A stretch of 64,000 nucleotides of DNA from Lytechinus pictus (taxonomy: Eukaryota). Made by a program: the position numbers and the translations under genes. Location: the NCBI RefSeq assembly GCF_037042905.1, contig NC_087250.1:24182001-24246000 (forward strand). The letters run 5' to 3'. The notes beneath the pieces were generated by a model, which was given only the letters and a program-made list of their open reading frames with translations, searched no databases and was not told the origin of the DNA. Within the stretch, counting starts at the first letter, position 1. Every line of letters begins with the position of its first letter. Below are positions 26,101-41,100 of this stretch, piece after piece.

Positions 26101-29100
26101 CTGACATCACGATCGTATTCGACTAGACGCTAAATATATACAGCATTCATTCCGTTCAATTTTTTCGTCAACCACAAAATGGATAAAAAATCAGTTTCGG
26201 AACTTCAAAAAATCTTAACCGACAGAGGAATACCGTGCAATGGAAAGCGTCGGGCAGAATTAGTGACTTTAGCAGAAAAGGCCGTGAAACTGTATCGTAA
26301 AAGAGAGGGTTGTGATCACGAACTTTCCGAGCGAAAGCGACGTTGTGTTGTTGTGCATGACGGCACTGTTGATCTGAATGGCAAAACAGTGCATTGGACT
26401 TCCGAACAGGAAGTTGTAATACCGAAAAGCTATCCCATAATGCAATGTGCGTTACAGGGATTTTCCCGGATCTCGGCGAAATCGCTATTTGGGGTAGCGA
26501 GAATTGAGCATAAATTTCCCCTTACCACAACTGAACCTTCCACAAACATCAAATTAAAAAGGCATGACAATGTTCTTTCATGTAAATTTCTGGGTAACTT
26601 ACTTCTTGCGTAGAAATCACCAGATGTTAACAAGGAAAAGTTATATTATTAACGTATTATACAACTGTATATGGATACATACATGTATCTGTCCCCATTA
26701 ACATAATGGAATATTCCACAAATATATCTTTACAAATGTATGATCGGGGTATTCCATTCTACTTACTGGGGTAGTGATAGCCATGTCAACCAGGAGGGAA
26801 TGTATCCATGTGTTTCATTATCAGGGTCGGTGTCACCCTCGATGACACTTAGGGTCAATGACCTTGCGTTGGCAGATTCCTTGAGCACCTTCACTGCTTC
26901 AGTGTGAGGGAGGTCTAAAAGGCTGGTACCGTTCACACTGAGAAGTATGTCTCCTTTCTGTATAGGGAAATGAATGTAGGATTCGGCAATGATACATCAA
27001 TGTAAACAAGCTTCATGAGACAAACGGGATATATGAAAGGCTTGTATGATTAACACTGAAAAAGATGTATCCTTTCTGTATAGAGAAATGAATGCAGGAT
27101 TTAGCAATTATATATCAATGTAAACACACTTCATATGAGACATACAGGGGATATATGAAAGGCTTGTACGATTAACACTGAGAAGGATATCTCCTTTCTG
27201 TTTGGGAAAATGAATGTAGGAATTAGCAATTATATATCAATGTAAACACACTTCATATGAGCCTGAAGAAGAGCACTGAAAATGCTTGTACCATTTACAC
27301 TGAGAATATCTCCTGTATATCATATGCCAAGATGAATGTATGATTCCGCAATTATAGATTATTGCAAATGTTTCTCATGAGTATGAAGTGGGACGCCTAA
27401 AAGGCTTTGTACAGATAACATTCAGGAGTATACATGTGTTTCTCTCTCTGTTTGGGAACATAACAACTATATTCCATAGATTCCAATCAAAGTAAATTAA
27501 TAGAGACAGAAGAATTGCCAGAGAGCTAACACTGTAACTGATGATCGGTTTAATAAAGGGATGGTCCAGGCTGGATATATTTATATCTCAATGAATAGAG
27601 TAAAATTCACAGAGTAAAATACTGAAAATTTCATCTAAATCGGATAACAAATAACAAAGTTATTGAATTTTAAAGATTTGCATTATTCCGGTTAAACTGT
27701 TCTAGGCATGTCTTTATGAATATTCATGAGGTGGGCTGATGATGTCATATCCCCACTTGTTTTTTTGTATTTTATTATATGAAATTAGGTTTATTCAAAC
27801 ATGTTCTATCAAGAACTTAAACAATTGGATTGACAACTGATTAAGTGCATTAGTTATTTATTGCTGCAACTTATTTCATCATAATGGAGACACATCATTT
27901 ACACATGTATGAAAAATGAAATATTTATGATTTCATGTAATAACATAGGAAAAAGGAAAGTGGGGATGTGACATCATCAGCCCACCTATTAATATTCATG
28001 ACAATGTGCATATAACTGTTTTCACAAAATATTGATAAACTTTAAAATTCAATAACTTTGTTATTTATTATCCAATTTTGATGAAATTTTCAGCACTTTG
28101 CTCTGTGAATTTTACTTTATTTATTTAGATACAAATATTTTCAGCCTGGACTATCCCTTTGAAATGTTTATAGATCTGTGGCAATTTTCCCATATTTTTT
28201 CACATGAAATTTCAGAAATCAGGACATTTTAATTTTTGGCAATTTTGAAAGTTGAAAGTCAGAACAACCCTGATAAAATCACGTTCAAAATCAAAATCAG
28301 GTGTATTTTAGCATCTCCCTCAAGCCAATCAACATCAGATAAATATTCTATATCCTTCTTTAGACCGGTAAATGATCCTACCTTTAGTTGGCCATGTCTT
28401 GCTACACATCCATCTGCCTGTATGCCTGTTATGAAGATGGGAACATCACCTTTCCGCTGACCCTTTCCCCCACTCACGCTAATGCCCATGCATTCTTTGT
28501 AACCCTGTCAAAATAAAGAAAAAGAAGGTCAGTTCTATTCACTCGGCCTAAAATAAAGCCTCAATGCAAACGAAACAAATAAGCTGCACAATACATAGCA
28601 TCAAATGACCAGGCAAAGGCCTGGAAACAGGCATCTCCTTTAAGAATTGTTTTCATCCGATGACCAATAGTGTAGAAATGACATGGGGGTAAGGGCGTTG
28701 GATACCCGAATAGTTTCACAAATAATGATTACTTTTTGCCATTAAAATAATATGTATCAAACATCCTTGAAATTCCAAATCTAGATATTAATCAAAGAAA
28801 TTCCAAAATCGTTGGCTCACTTTCTTCTCCAAAATAAAAATCATCTCAAAAAGTGTACCATATCCACATTTCTGACCCTCACAGCTTTTGCCTCATCTCA
28901 GCACTGTTCATAGCTTAAGGCCCTGTCACATCGTTTTTTGCAAGCCTTGAAGGTTTCACAGGCCTAATTCATTTCCCATAGCCTCGTGTATTAAAGTGGC
29001 AGTTTAAAAAAATTCATACAAAATAAGGAGGAAATTTGAGGGTTGAATGTTTACTACCAGTGGAAAGGATACATGTCTGACATTCCATATCTGACCAGAA

Positions 29101-32100
29101 AAGGATACCTCGACAGGCTCATTTAAAAAATAAATCGGCATTTATAAAGACTACGCCTGACGGAATCAAATTCGTCACTTCAGAGAGAAAAATGGCCCTA
29201 ATTCTTCCGCCAGTAAAAAAATAGTTCCATAGTAGTGATATATCTTTCCAATTTGGAAAAAGTAAGTTCAGTAGGTACCCTCCCTAGAATCAGTGTTAGA
29301 TTGTCAGTCATATTCATTCATTTTTGTCAATCTGCAATATCAAATTAAAAAATTGAGAATGGGTTGGCACGAATGAATATCTTTTGCCTGCCAGTTGTGA
29401 TTAGGCCCGTGTGACCTTTATTATATGGCACATGAAGGTTTCTTTTTAAATTACCTTCCTGGCTTTTCTTTAAAGCCTGGTAAAAACTTTTTTGTGTAAA
29501 AATCAGACGTGACTGTGTTTCTGCGGGCAACTGCAAGTGAGATACGTGCGAGATACTGTCAATGCGGGCTACCTGCAGGAGGCCTGTTGGTGGCAAAAAC
29601 AGTCACTAGCAACTCACCCGCAAGGCTTGAACTGAGAGATGTGATGGGGCCTTTAGAGAAACTATTATTTGTTAATTATTTGGGTCACATTCATTGCACT
29701 ATTCCCTCAGTCAAATACATCTTTCAAGAAACTTTTATGCCTTTTAGCATGAGCAAAGAATTTGCTTTCCTTTAGCAATGCAGTCCTGTCTTGTAAAATA
29801 TTTGGCATGTTTTTCATTCATTAAAAAAATGTCACTGTCATATTTCAAAGGTGCCAACTTTTTAATAACTGTCTCTATTTCATTTTATTTTTTTTTCAGC
29901 TACCGGTGTGTAGGCTCAGTTGGTAGAGCCTCTGTCTCACAACCGGGAGGTCGGGAGTTCAATCCCAAGCGGCATCAGACCAATAGATGTTATATATGAG
30001 AGTTGCTGCTACGCTGTTTAGCGTTTAACGCTTCAAGGCCATAGTTCATTGATCCTAAATGACCTTTAGAGCCTCGTCAATCTGGCGCTGCAAAGCGGCT
30101 GCTAGGCCCAAGATCAATTGGGCAAAACAAATTTTTGAAGTATTTCATTTGTCTATTTTGAACAATAACAAATGTACCAAATGCATATTAAAAACTGAAA
30201 GAGTATTATATAAACAAAAAAAAAGATGCAGAATGTATATCTACAGCCGTTGACCAATGTATATAGGAAAATAGCATCTACCTAATTCTAGAGAGTGTAA
30301 GGGTGCCTTTTGGCAAAATTTTGTTCAATATTAAAAAAAAAGAATATTTTTTTATTTCTCAATCTATGTCCAATGAAAGAACCACCTTCTTTGTAAAACT
30401 TTTTCTCTGAACATATTTATTCAATGTTTGTACTAATCTTTCAGGAAAAACAAAAAGAATGTAAACAAGATGCAGATTTTTCTCCCCCAAAATACACTAA
30501 TCCAAATGAATAATATACCTTTTTAATGTTGACAGTCTTCTCTGCCCGGACCTTTGGAGCGAGGGCGTGTCTTAGCAATGTGAATGGTTCCGTCGGAAGC
30601 TCTGCTGGGGGTCCTTGTATGACCTCAGGGGTCGTGACCTGAACCTGTCGTGAGACCACCATCTCAACGCGATCGCCACAGTCCTGGAAAAATGCAAGAT
30701 GGAGGAAAAAAATAGGCGTGAAATTTCATAGCTACTTTGTTAAAAGGATATTCATCAAGGACCAGTGGTTTAACCCTAAATAGACTGGGCTATTTTGATG
30801 CCTAAGAAGACTGGGGGGGGGGGGGGGCTGATTCAGCCCCCCCCCCTATGATCTCGGCCGTCGACCGCGCGATCGCAACGAAAATTGGCACGGGCATTAC
30901 CCATGGCCTAATCTCCAAGACTGTAGGATCAAATTTTCCGAAAAATCTCATAATTCATTAATTATGCTAATTTATGCGTAAAATCAAAGATTTGCTCTAA
31001 TTAACTAAATAAGGCCTCTGAACTGCTAATTTTTTATTCACAGACTCTTTGTGGGATTTCGGAACCATGTACCCGGGCATCGCAAATTTGGTCTCAAAAT
31101 TGCGCAAGACTTGAAAGAAAAGAGTCCTGGAACGGCGCGGCGCCAGCTTTTCGCGTTACAGATTTATCGCGAAAAATGGCGGGGGGGGGGGGCTGAATCA
31201 GCCCCCCCCCAGTCTTTTTAGGGTTAAAATGTCTTCATTATACAAATAATGAATACCGGTATTCATGAGTGCAATTAACAGAATATTTCATGAGATGAAA
31301 GATGAAATGATCCATTCAACGAGGTGTATCATCTCTCAATGGATAGAAGTATTCTGTCCATTACACGAATGAAGAGAACATTGATAATTTGTTTTATATG
31401 ACACCTGTAAGTAGATCCTTGTCATTTGGCATTTATAGACTTGAATTCAAAAGTGCATGCAGTGCGCACACGTTCTGTTGTAAACACTAGTGTGTTTTTA
31501 CGTCTTGGCGCGAGCGTGCAATGGACAAAATCGTATGGATTCAAAATTGCACAGATGACATCATAAAATGGGGCTGAATGATTGACAACAAACAACCAAT
31601 CAAATGAGGAGGATCTGTCCAGGTGTCATATAAAATGGATTATATGTCAGTTGCCATTAAAATGCGCACACTGTCACAAAAATGGGACCCAGCTTGACTT
31701 GCCCTGTCTGCACAAGCCTAATCCCCTTCCCCTATTTCACTCTTAATCTGTCTATATATCTTTCTCTTGCTGTCTCTCTCATCTCCCCTTAGCAAACTAA
31801 ACTATCTGTCTATCTATCTTTCTTTATTTTTGTGTGTCTATCTATCTATCTATCCATCCACCCATCCATCCATCCCATCTCTCTACTAGTATGTGTATCT
31901 CTTATCTTACCCTTATTATTCTAGCTACTCTTTCAGGCATCTCATCTTCAACATTGAATCCATTGATCTGTAGAACTCTATCATCTGATTTTAACCTTCC
32001 ATCTCTCCGAGCTAGACTGCTCTCCAACTACATAAGAGAAAAATGATATGAAAAAGAAATGTGAAATCATGATTAAGAATTGTGAAATCGTGTGAGAAAT

Positions 32101-35100
32101 GTTCTGCAAGACATGAAAATGGAGAGAACAAGGGTTCACCAACATGACAATAGAGAGTTTTAGGAGCAGTGAACGAGAACGGCGTCGCAGTCGTCTGATT
32201 GTTTGAGTCAGTGTCATTGTCTGCCCTTGTTCATTACGGATGCGAATATTTTAGATTTCACTCGACGTGTACGTACGTCCACGTGAAACAGCGTGATAAC
32301 CAGCAGGTCATGACACGCTGCCTGAACCGGAAGATCAGGCGTACCATCGCCTTGCGACCCGGTCGGGTGATGCGAAGGTGCAACTTGTGCACACTTGCCC
32401 TTTCACTTGCTTTGATTCCTTTTTACGCGAGTTACGATATGTATCGGTATATATTTTGGAGATCAGAAAGCAATTTCAAATATGATAAACATAATGCATC
32501 GTACAACTTACATTAATTTTGTGAAAAGTCGCTGAAAACTGTGTTTTAATAGGGAAAGGTTGATCTTCATGCTGAGCTTGAACGGTTAAAATGACGTCAC
32601 CTCACGTGCACGTCCACTATGGTTTAGGAGAACCGCAGAATGGATGTGGCAAGGTTCTCGATTCTGATAGTCGACGTGTGTGAGGACCTGAGGCATATGG
32701 CTGGCCAAAAAGTGACGTCATCTCGTACCAGTCGTTTACATGTATGACATGTATTGAGCACTTTTAGAAACGTACGTCGACATACTACGTACGTTTCTAA
32801 AATTGCTCAATGGCAACATCAAGGCATTCATTTATTCATCTTTTTTTACCTTGCCACTCAGATTGAGATGCCTCACCACCCCTTCTTCATTCTATGTTTT
32901 AGTGCAGCTGATTTTTATTTTTTATTGAACCATATACTAAGAAAAAAAAGCAGCTATCAATAGAAAATCTACAAATTATTATTTACTCTTTACAAGTTTA
33001 AATAAAAAGTATGATTAATTTCAAGAAATCCCAAGCCTACATGTATGTAATACTCACCACTTCCATAATATATATTCCTTGCTCACTCCTGTAAGAAGAA
33101 AACATAAACAAAGAAATAAGGAAAACAATCTTTAGTTTACCAGATTGCTATCATATTTTCTTTGCATTTATCTAAATTCAATTGAAGATTGAAGAATGAA
33201 CTGATGATATCATTATAGATGTTTCTAACATTTGGCTTTTTACTGTTACTTGCACGTAGTAGCCTCCAATATTATCAAATTTTCTACAATCTTGATATAC
33301 ACAAAGTAATGTTCTCATGAATATTTATGTCCATGTATTTCATGTTATGCAGAGCCAGGGAAGGGAAAAAATAATAATTTTCGGGGGCTACTTTCCACAA
33401 GTGACTGCCTAAATCTGCAACATTGGATAAGCTTTGACATTGCAGCCAATGGGGATTTTCGGCGGCTCTTTGTTTATTTTGCAGGGATCTTTAGAGCATT
33501 TCGGGGGCAAAATGATCAAAGCCCCATGTGTATTGTGCCCCCTAGTATAACAGTATTGTAATTACTGATAAGGCTACCTTGCTGGATAAAGAAAAAAAAA
33601 TACTCACAAATCAATAAAATTCATGAATGATCCCTTATTATAGGTATATGGCGGGCCAATAGGAAGTGCATTTACACTGACGTGGCTACCCTGGGCAAAT
33701 TAATCACCATTATAAAATAGGTGTATTATTTCAAGCATTGCGATTGGCCAATACGTGTCACATGACATCCAATTTTTTTTGTGCATGCACGGCAGTGCAG
33801 AAAGGTGTGCAACGAAAATTGACATTGCGTGCTCAAGCAGACCAGTGCGGTAGAAGTCCCGGGAGAAGTCCAATAAAACAGTACTGTAACTTTTAAGAAT
33901 TTGTTTCTGTGTTGCTATTTTATAAAACAAATAATGCACTTGCTCTGTCGTGCGTAAAAGTAAAAGCAGAGAAAGCTCGGTTTCTTCAGATGGTGCACAC
34001 TGGGCACTCGCCGCCAGCGGCTCTTGCCCAGCGGCTCGGCACCTATCTAAAGAAACCTCACGTGCTCTGCATTTCGACTAACGCCCTGGGCTGCATGCAT
34101 TATTTGTATATTTAATTAATTTTATATTAATTTTAAAGAGACAGAAACCTTGCTAATCCTATTGTGATATTTGAACATGAAGTACTCACTGTTTAGCAGC
34201 TATCTTGATACCTAGAGGCACTCCTGTCACCTTTGTGAGAGAGACTTGAAGAACCTTGGTGGTGAATGGTGCTGCTTTCGATTCCTGCTTCTCACGGTAT
34301 ACAGTCAATCTGAGAGGTGATTCGGCAGCACATAATGCCTCTCTTGCTATGCTGTGAGGAACATCACGTAAATCTCTACTATTAACCTGCAAACAAAATC
34401 AGGAAAGTAATGAAAATTAATGAAAGATAGAACAAGGATTGTTTCTTAATCTTATTCTCAGCAACATGAATATCTCTCTTGTTGTGCTGTGTGTGAAGAA
34501 TGTACACCGTCAATATAGGAGTGTCTGGGACATCATGTAAGATTCTACTATCAAACTATAAAATAAAAAATTAAGAGACAAATAGCAAACATGTACAGTT
34601 GGGCTCAAAACTTAGTGAACCCCACCACAAAATGCACTCCTTCATGCAGAGTGTTGAATGTAGGCAACATTACTACAATGTTCAGGAAGCCCATAAAATA
34701 AAAAAACTTTATTAAATGTAATATTAAAACAATGTGAGATTTCTCGAAATGTATTTCTGGAAATCTCAACTTCTGGGGAAGGGGCATTCAATTTGAGCTA
34801 AAATGCTCAAGGCACTCATTTGACATTACAAAGAGCAAAGAGATTTACAAAAGGAAATTATCGATACACTAAATCACAAAGTATTTCTATAGTTGATCTT
34901 AAAACACTTCATTCTGGGCCCTCAGCTTGTAATTTCTCATTCTGTTGAAGTGTCTTAAGATCGACTAGATGTGATTCAGTATCAATAATTTGCTTTTGAA
35001 AATCTCTTTGCTCTTTTTAAAGTCAAATGAGTGCCTTGAGAATTTTGGCTGAAAATAGAATTAGCACTTTTACAATTTATCCTTTCAACATTGATTATTA

Positions 35101-38100
35101 TCCTATTACTATCATTATGATATCAAATATTTGTATGATTTATACAACCTTCTACAACCAAAAAAAGTATTCTAATATGGAAAAAAAGAGTATTTTTTGA
35201 CAAAAAAGAGTAGGCCTATTTTAAAAAATTTATCTCAATGTAACAGTCGCCAGCCTCTAATGTAGTGAGATCGGTGAAAAAAATGTGAAATGACTCTACT
35301 TGAAAACTTGATAATTCACCCTTTACTTGTTCTTTTCAGTTACTGGCCCGACAGTGATTTTTACCAGTCTGGGACTGTCGGACCGGCGCTAGTGTCACAC
35401 GCTGCATGATCAAATTTTTTTTTTAAAGTAACAAATCATGCAAAAAAGTATTGGTGTATTTATAGCAAAAAAGAGGAACAAATACTCTAAAAGGGGAACA
35501 GTTGGCATGTCTGTTTATATTTCTTCACAGACTACTTACTTGTACTATTTGATCACCGGGTAATATCCTTGCGTCTTCTGCTACTACTTCACCGGGTATA
35601 ACCTCTTGAATAACAACACCAATCTGAAACAAAACATAAAACAGGTTTTAATATACATGTAGTCAACAACACTAAAGAATGAAAGATAATATATGCATAA
35701 TAGCCAAGAAAGTTCAAAATATAGTAACGTATTGAATTAATTGACAACCATTTTGCAGATCCCAAATATCAAGTTTCAAATTTGGCTGACAATACATTGT
35801 ATTTTAGTGATACTAATACACATTGTACACATACATAATTGTACAATGAGCAGTCGGAAGAGATGCATAATTGTAGATTTCTCTGAATTATATGATTATT
35901 CATGGATCTTACCATAGAGGCAGAATTGGCGAATAATAATGCAAAAGTATCAAAATTATTGTGTTTAGAACTTCCTATAACAATATGGAGGACAAATCAA
36001 TACAATGCCTAGGCATTAGATTATAGTTTCGCGCAAAATAATTGTGTATTTCGATGTGCTTGTGGGAAAGGTTAGGTCTATAAAAAAGGTGGTAGAATTC
36101 TCTTTATTTTCGTTTTATGCTGTTTATGCTGTTGATCAGTGTTTGTTCCTTCTTCCTAATTTCATCAACATACATGTATAATCAATGTTTTGTTTGCCAC
36201 ATTTACAAAAGCCAGGTACTATAGCAAAAAACACTTTCAAAAGAGAAATAACTAATTGAACAAGAGAAAATGTCATACTTACAAGTGGAGTTTCATTGCC
36301 ACCAACAAAGTATATTCCTAGATCTCTATTTGGTTTTCTATTGATTTCTATTGAAGTTAGCTGACCATGACGGATGGGTGCACCAGGACCAACTGTATCC
36401 ACGAAGAACAAATGAAATTAAGAATTATTTTAAGAAAGAAATAATTAGATCGTAATAGATGACAAGATTGAAAATCATTTACCCATTCATTCATGTTAAA
36501 TAAGTATTTTTCTTTATATATATTTTATTCTTTATATATTCTTTTAATATTTGCAAGGTAACAATTATATAATATTGACTGGTCTTGAGGGGAACATCAA
36601 ATATATTGCCAGCAAAAGAATCATATTGGCCCGAGTCTTTGGACGAGGGCAATATGGGTCTTTTAAGGGCAATATATTTGATGTTCCCCGAAAGAAGGGC
36701 AGTCAATATTTTTATTATCATCCAAATCAGATATCTAGAGCAAAAATCATGATAACAGTGATATCTTTTATGAATAGAGTTCTGTTGTGTCATGATAATA
36801 TAAGTGCCTAGGCTCTGCACTTTACCATTATGACGTACTTGCAAGCTCCCAGATCCAGCGTTGTCTTTATTATGACGTAGATCGTTGGTGCGCGGAAAAT
36901 TACGAAGCGTATCGAGCGTATCACTTCATTCGCATCCTCAAAGGCCCGGATGTGAGACCAGGGAAAATACAAAGGTATATTTTGCGTCGTCTCAGCATGC
37001 AAAGTCAATACGCGCATTGAGACCGAGGAAAATACAAACAATATACCTATCCCTTCCTGATAATAATAAAATACAGGGAAATACGGTTTTGTAAATAACC
37101 AGCTCAGATGTCTGATACGGGTGATAATTACTTTTAATACCCAGTAGGCCTATATGTGAATATTTCTTCTGCGACAAAGAAATATTTTCATTAATTTGTT
37201 CTTTTTACATGTACTTATTATTTACTTTTTTTTTTTTCACTTACTAATCTATGCAAAGTACCGGTATACTTTTGATATTTTATCAATTTTGTATCTTATT
37301 CATACATGTAGGATTTTTTTTTTTATTCATTAATTATTCTTGGGGGGATGGGAAAAGGCCTGCATTGAAAATTTCACAAATGGTGTAACATTTTGAAGAA
37401 ATTGCCATTACAGGTATTAATTGTAATGTTTAGTTTTGTATTTTGCAGTTCTTCTCCAATCATTTTGAAAAGTTCTACTTGTTAATTTCTTTCAATATAA
37501 CAAGTACAATACACCACATTGAACAGCATGGTATTAGTATAGGATTGAGTATAAAAGGTTGCCCCATTTGTTCATTTCCCCAGTGGGAGTTTGACTTTGA
37601 CTATCAAAATGAACAAGCGAGGGGGTGCTTTATTCTCCATCACGTTCCACCACTCAGCACCAATGTATGGTATCACATTATGACTCAACCAATGGAATGT
37701 AAACACAGTATATAAAAGTACGTGGAACCCTTGCAATCTTGTATTGATGAGAATGAGAAAAGGTGTATTGGGTGTGTGTGTGTTGCGGTACATGGAGACA
37801 TGGTGTAGTCTAAAGATTCAGACTGTATTTGGTGAAATAACGGCCAAGTAACCCATGACTTTTCCTATTGTCATCCATGTATGTCATGTATAAAGTTAAT
37901 CCCCTATATAGAATTAAAAATCATAGAAATCAGTCGTCAATGGGTACAAAAAATTGATCCTTGTGGCCTGATTGCAATATTTTTGGCCTTTATAAAAACT
38001 GAACAACCTACATGTATATATGTAGGTCTACATTTAATATCAAAGGTACTCGTACAAGTTGACCTGCCTAATGGCATGCCTGACAGGGTGACATGTATAT

Positions 38101-41100
38101 TAGAGAGCCAGGTACTATCATACATGTAAGATCAAACATGTGTTCATGTTTGACTACACTGATTTATATCTCATAATGCAATCATAAAAAAGGAACTGTC
38201 CAATCAAATGGAAAGCTTTGTGCCAAGCTCATCATTGTTTCGGTTTCATTGTGATCACAATGTCTGAATGCCTAGACTACATGTAGGTGTATACAGGTAG
38301 AAGGAGTTGGGCTGGGCTTTAAGGGTGTATGGAGATTCCTCGTGTCAACACTTAGTCATAAAATGTAAACTTGGATTTTGATAGAAAAAAAATGACAGGC
38401 ATGGGCCTGTGCATATATGTGATGATAGGCGGACAATTCTTCTCTATCTCCTACCACATACAGTACTTTAATAGGCCAGTCCCCCCCCCCCTCCATCTCT
38501 GCCTCTATAAAGTCAGCAAGACACACAAGCTCAGCTGGTATTAAACATTGATGCAAATTCTCTTCTCTCTCTCTCGCTCTCTCTCTCATTTATACTAGTA
38601 ATTGATATTTGTTTCAAGCAATTTGGTAAAAAGCGAGGGGACTAAGGGGTGGCATGTTCCTCTAATTTCAAACTTTATACAGCAATCAATCGGTGAGGGA
38701 CATCTCGTCTGTGCACCATGCATCCCCCCCTTGTCCTCATAGACAAAAAAAATCATCACAAGTGCACTGTACATGGCTGGCCATAGCAGCTTGACATTTT
38801 GTAACCCTTTTATAGCTGTTAAGATTTCGCTGTTGTATAGCTGAAAAGCCGCTATAAAACAGCACATTTTTGTCAATTTTGCACAGCTTTTCCCTTCCGG
38901 AATCTTGTATGTTTGATGCTCGTGTCATACGAACCACCCTTGATCCCCACCCCCTATCACCTCCATCATCACAAGACAGAAGAAGATGCCTATCATCTAC
39001 TAGGTATTGTGAGTCATCACCACGGCAACCTAATCTCAGGGAATCAGTGGTACGAGCACCTCAATGGTATGGAGGGTCGAGGTCGTGAATAACTTGGTCA
39101 AATCTTGACCATGGTTGAAATTAGTATTATCAGATTGAGATGGCACCAACGATTCATACATGTACGTTCACTCAAAGGATTCTCGATTTTGTACACTGAA
39201 TTCCTCCCAACCTCTCTTGCTACCACTCTAAATTGTCATTATATACATGTGTATGAGATATTCAAAGATTCCCATTGTAAAAAAAAGGCCTAAAACAGAA
39301 AAAAAAATCAATGGACTGCTAAAAAATCAAGGCAAAACATTTTATATACATTTGTGTAAATTCCATTACTAGAGATGGACAAGGTACAGTGTATCCAAAA
39401 TGATGCATAGTTCAAGCGGTTATACATGTAGGCCTACATGTTATGTAAATTCCTACTATAAATCAAAGTAGAAAAGATGGTGTGTATACAAATAGAGCAA
39501 TGTATTCACTCCATGTATAACCTCACTGACACAGGCCGTTTGAATAGGGAATTATTGACGTCAAGAAGGAAAGGAATTAATATTTCAATAGTCATGAAAA
39601 GATAATGCTGAATCTACAATTTCTGTAACACAAAGAATCTTTTGCACAATTTCTTTCTTTTCGGTAAGGGGGGGGGGGGGGGGGTCAGGTCAGTAAGGAT
39701 ACCATAGATTGTACCAAAAAACAGATGACTACTTCAGTATTTGGATTAAAAATGTCATACCAAAATAGATGCATATTGATCTGTGCGTGTGTGCAAGGAG
39801 GTACCAGCTGGCTCGACTTGACTGTCAGCATATCAATAGTATGCAAAATTGCCGTATTGACATTGAATCCATGGGGCAAAACAAGGGCAGATGTACATTA
39901 TGCTCAATACCATACAGACATGTACGATACAGGTTGGGATATGGAAGAAACACTATTTTACAGTGAACATGTACACTATAGCCCATCTGCTGTACACATG
40001 TATCATAAAAGAGCAGTGTCAGTAGAAGTTCTGACTTTTGCCCTGTAAACAGAGGGTCGTGTGTTCAAATCCCATATCGGTCTAGCATCCTTTGGCAAGG
40101 CGTTAATCCACAATTTACCACTCTCGACCGAGAAACCTACAAAAATTGCATTATGTATACTGTAGGCTACAATGTACATACAGTACCTAATACTTTCCTT
40201 CATCTGACAGGCTGGTATTGTTTTATAATCCAATTCAATCCTCAAAAGCTAAATACCTAATAATCCCCTAATCCCATTTGCCATCTCTCATGTATTATTT
40301 AATCTTGGTCAGTTATATTCTAATTTAAAGCTCTCAACTTGTCATGTGTTTGTTTTTGCATCACTTTAGTATGTAAAAGCAATGAAGGAGCAGTGTAAAG
40401 TCCAGTGGTTATGTGAAGGTAAAGTCCACCCAAGAAAAATGTTGATTAGACTAATTAGAGAAAAATAAAACTAGCATTATGCTGAAAATTTCATCAAAAT
40501 TGGATGTAAAATTAGAAAGTTATGACATTTTATATATTTTTCACAAAACAGTGATACTGTATGCACAATTCAGTGACATGCAAATGAGAGAGTTGATGAT
40601 GTCCTTCACTCACTATTTCTTTTGTTTTTATTGTTTGAATTTTACAATATTTCATTTTTTTTACGTATTTGACAATAAGGACCAACTTGACCGAACAATG
40701 TAGTATTAAACAATATTAATTCCACAGGTTCAGGGAGGCATTAATCATTGTATCACTCGACAATGATGAGAAAATTAGAATATTTCTTATTTCATATAAC
40801 AAAAAAAAACAAAAAACGAGTGAGTGGATGACTTCATCAGTCTCCTCATTTGCATACCGACTAGGACGTGCATATAAATGTAATTGCTTCGTGAAATTAA
40901 GCAAAACTTTATTAACTTTCTTATTTTACAACCGATTTTGATGACATTTTCAGTGTTATGCTTGTTTCTTAGATTTTTCTCTTCTTATTCAAATAAACTT
41001 TTTCAGGGGTTGACTTGTCCTTTAAGCATGACAGATTAAAAACATGAAACAGCTGTACATTATTTTACCAAAATCTAATAGTAGAGCATACAATGTAGTC

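Noticed and set aside
29905..29975. tRNA gene
   Set aside because: A and B boxes are present, but there is no proper acceptor stem and the sequence continues into a SINE body. The same applies to 59390-59463 and 7901-7965.
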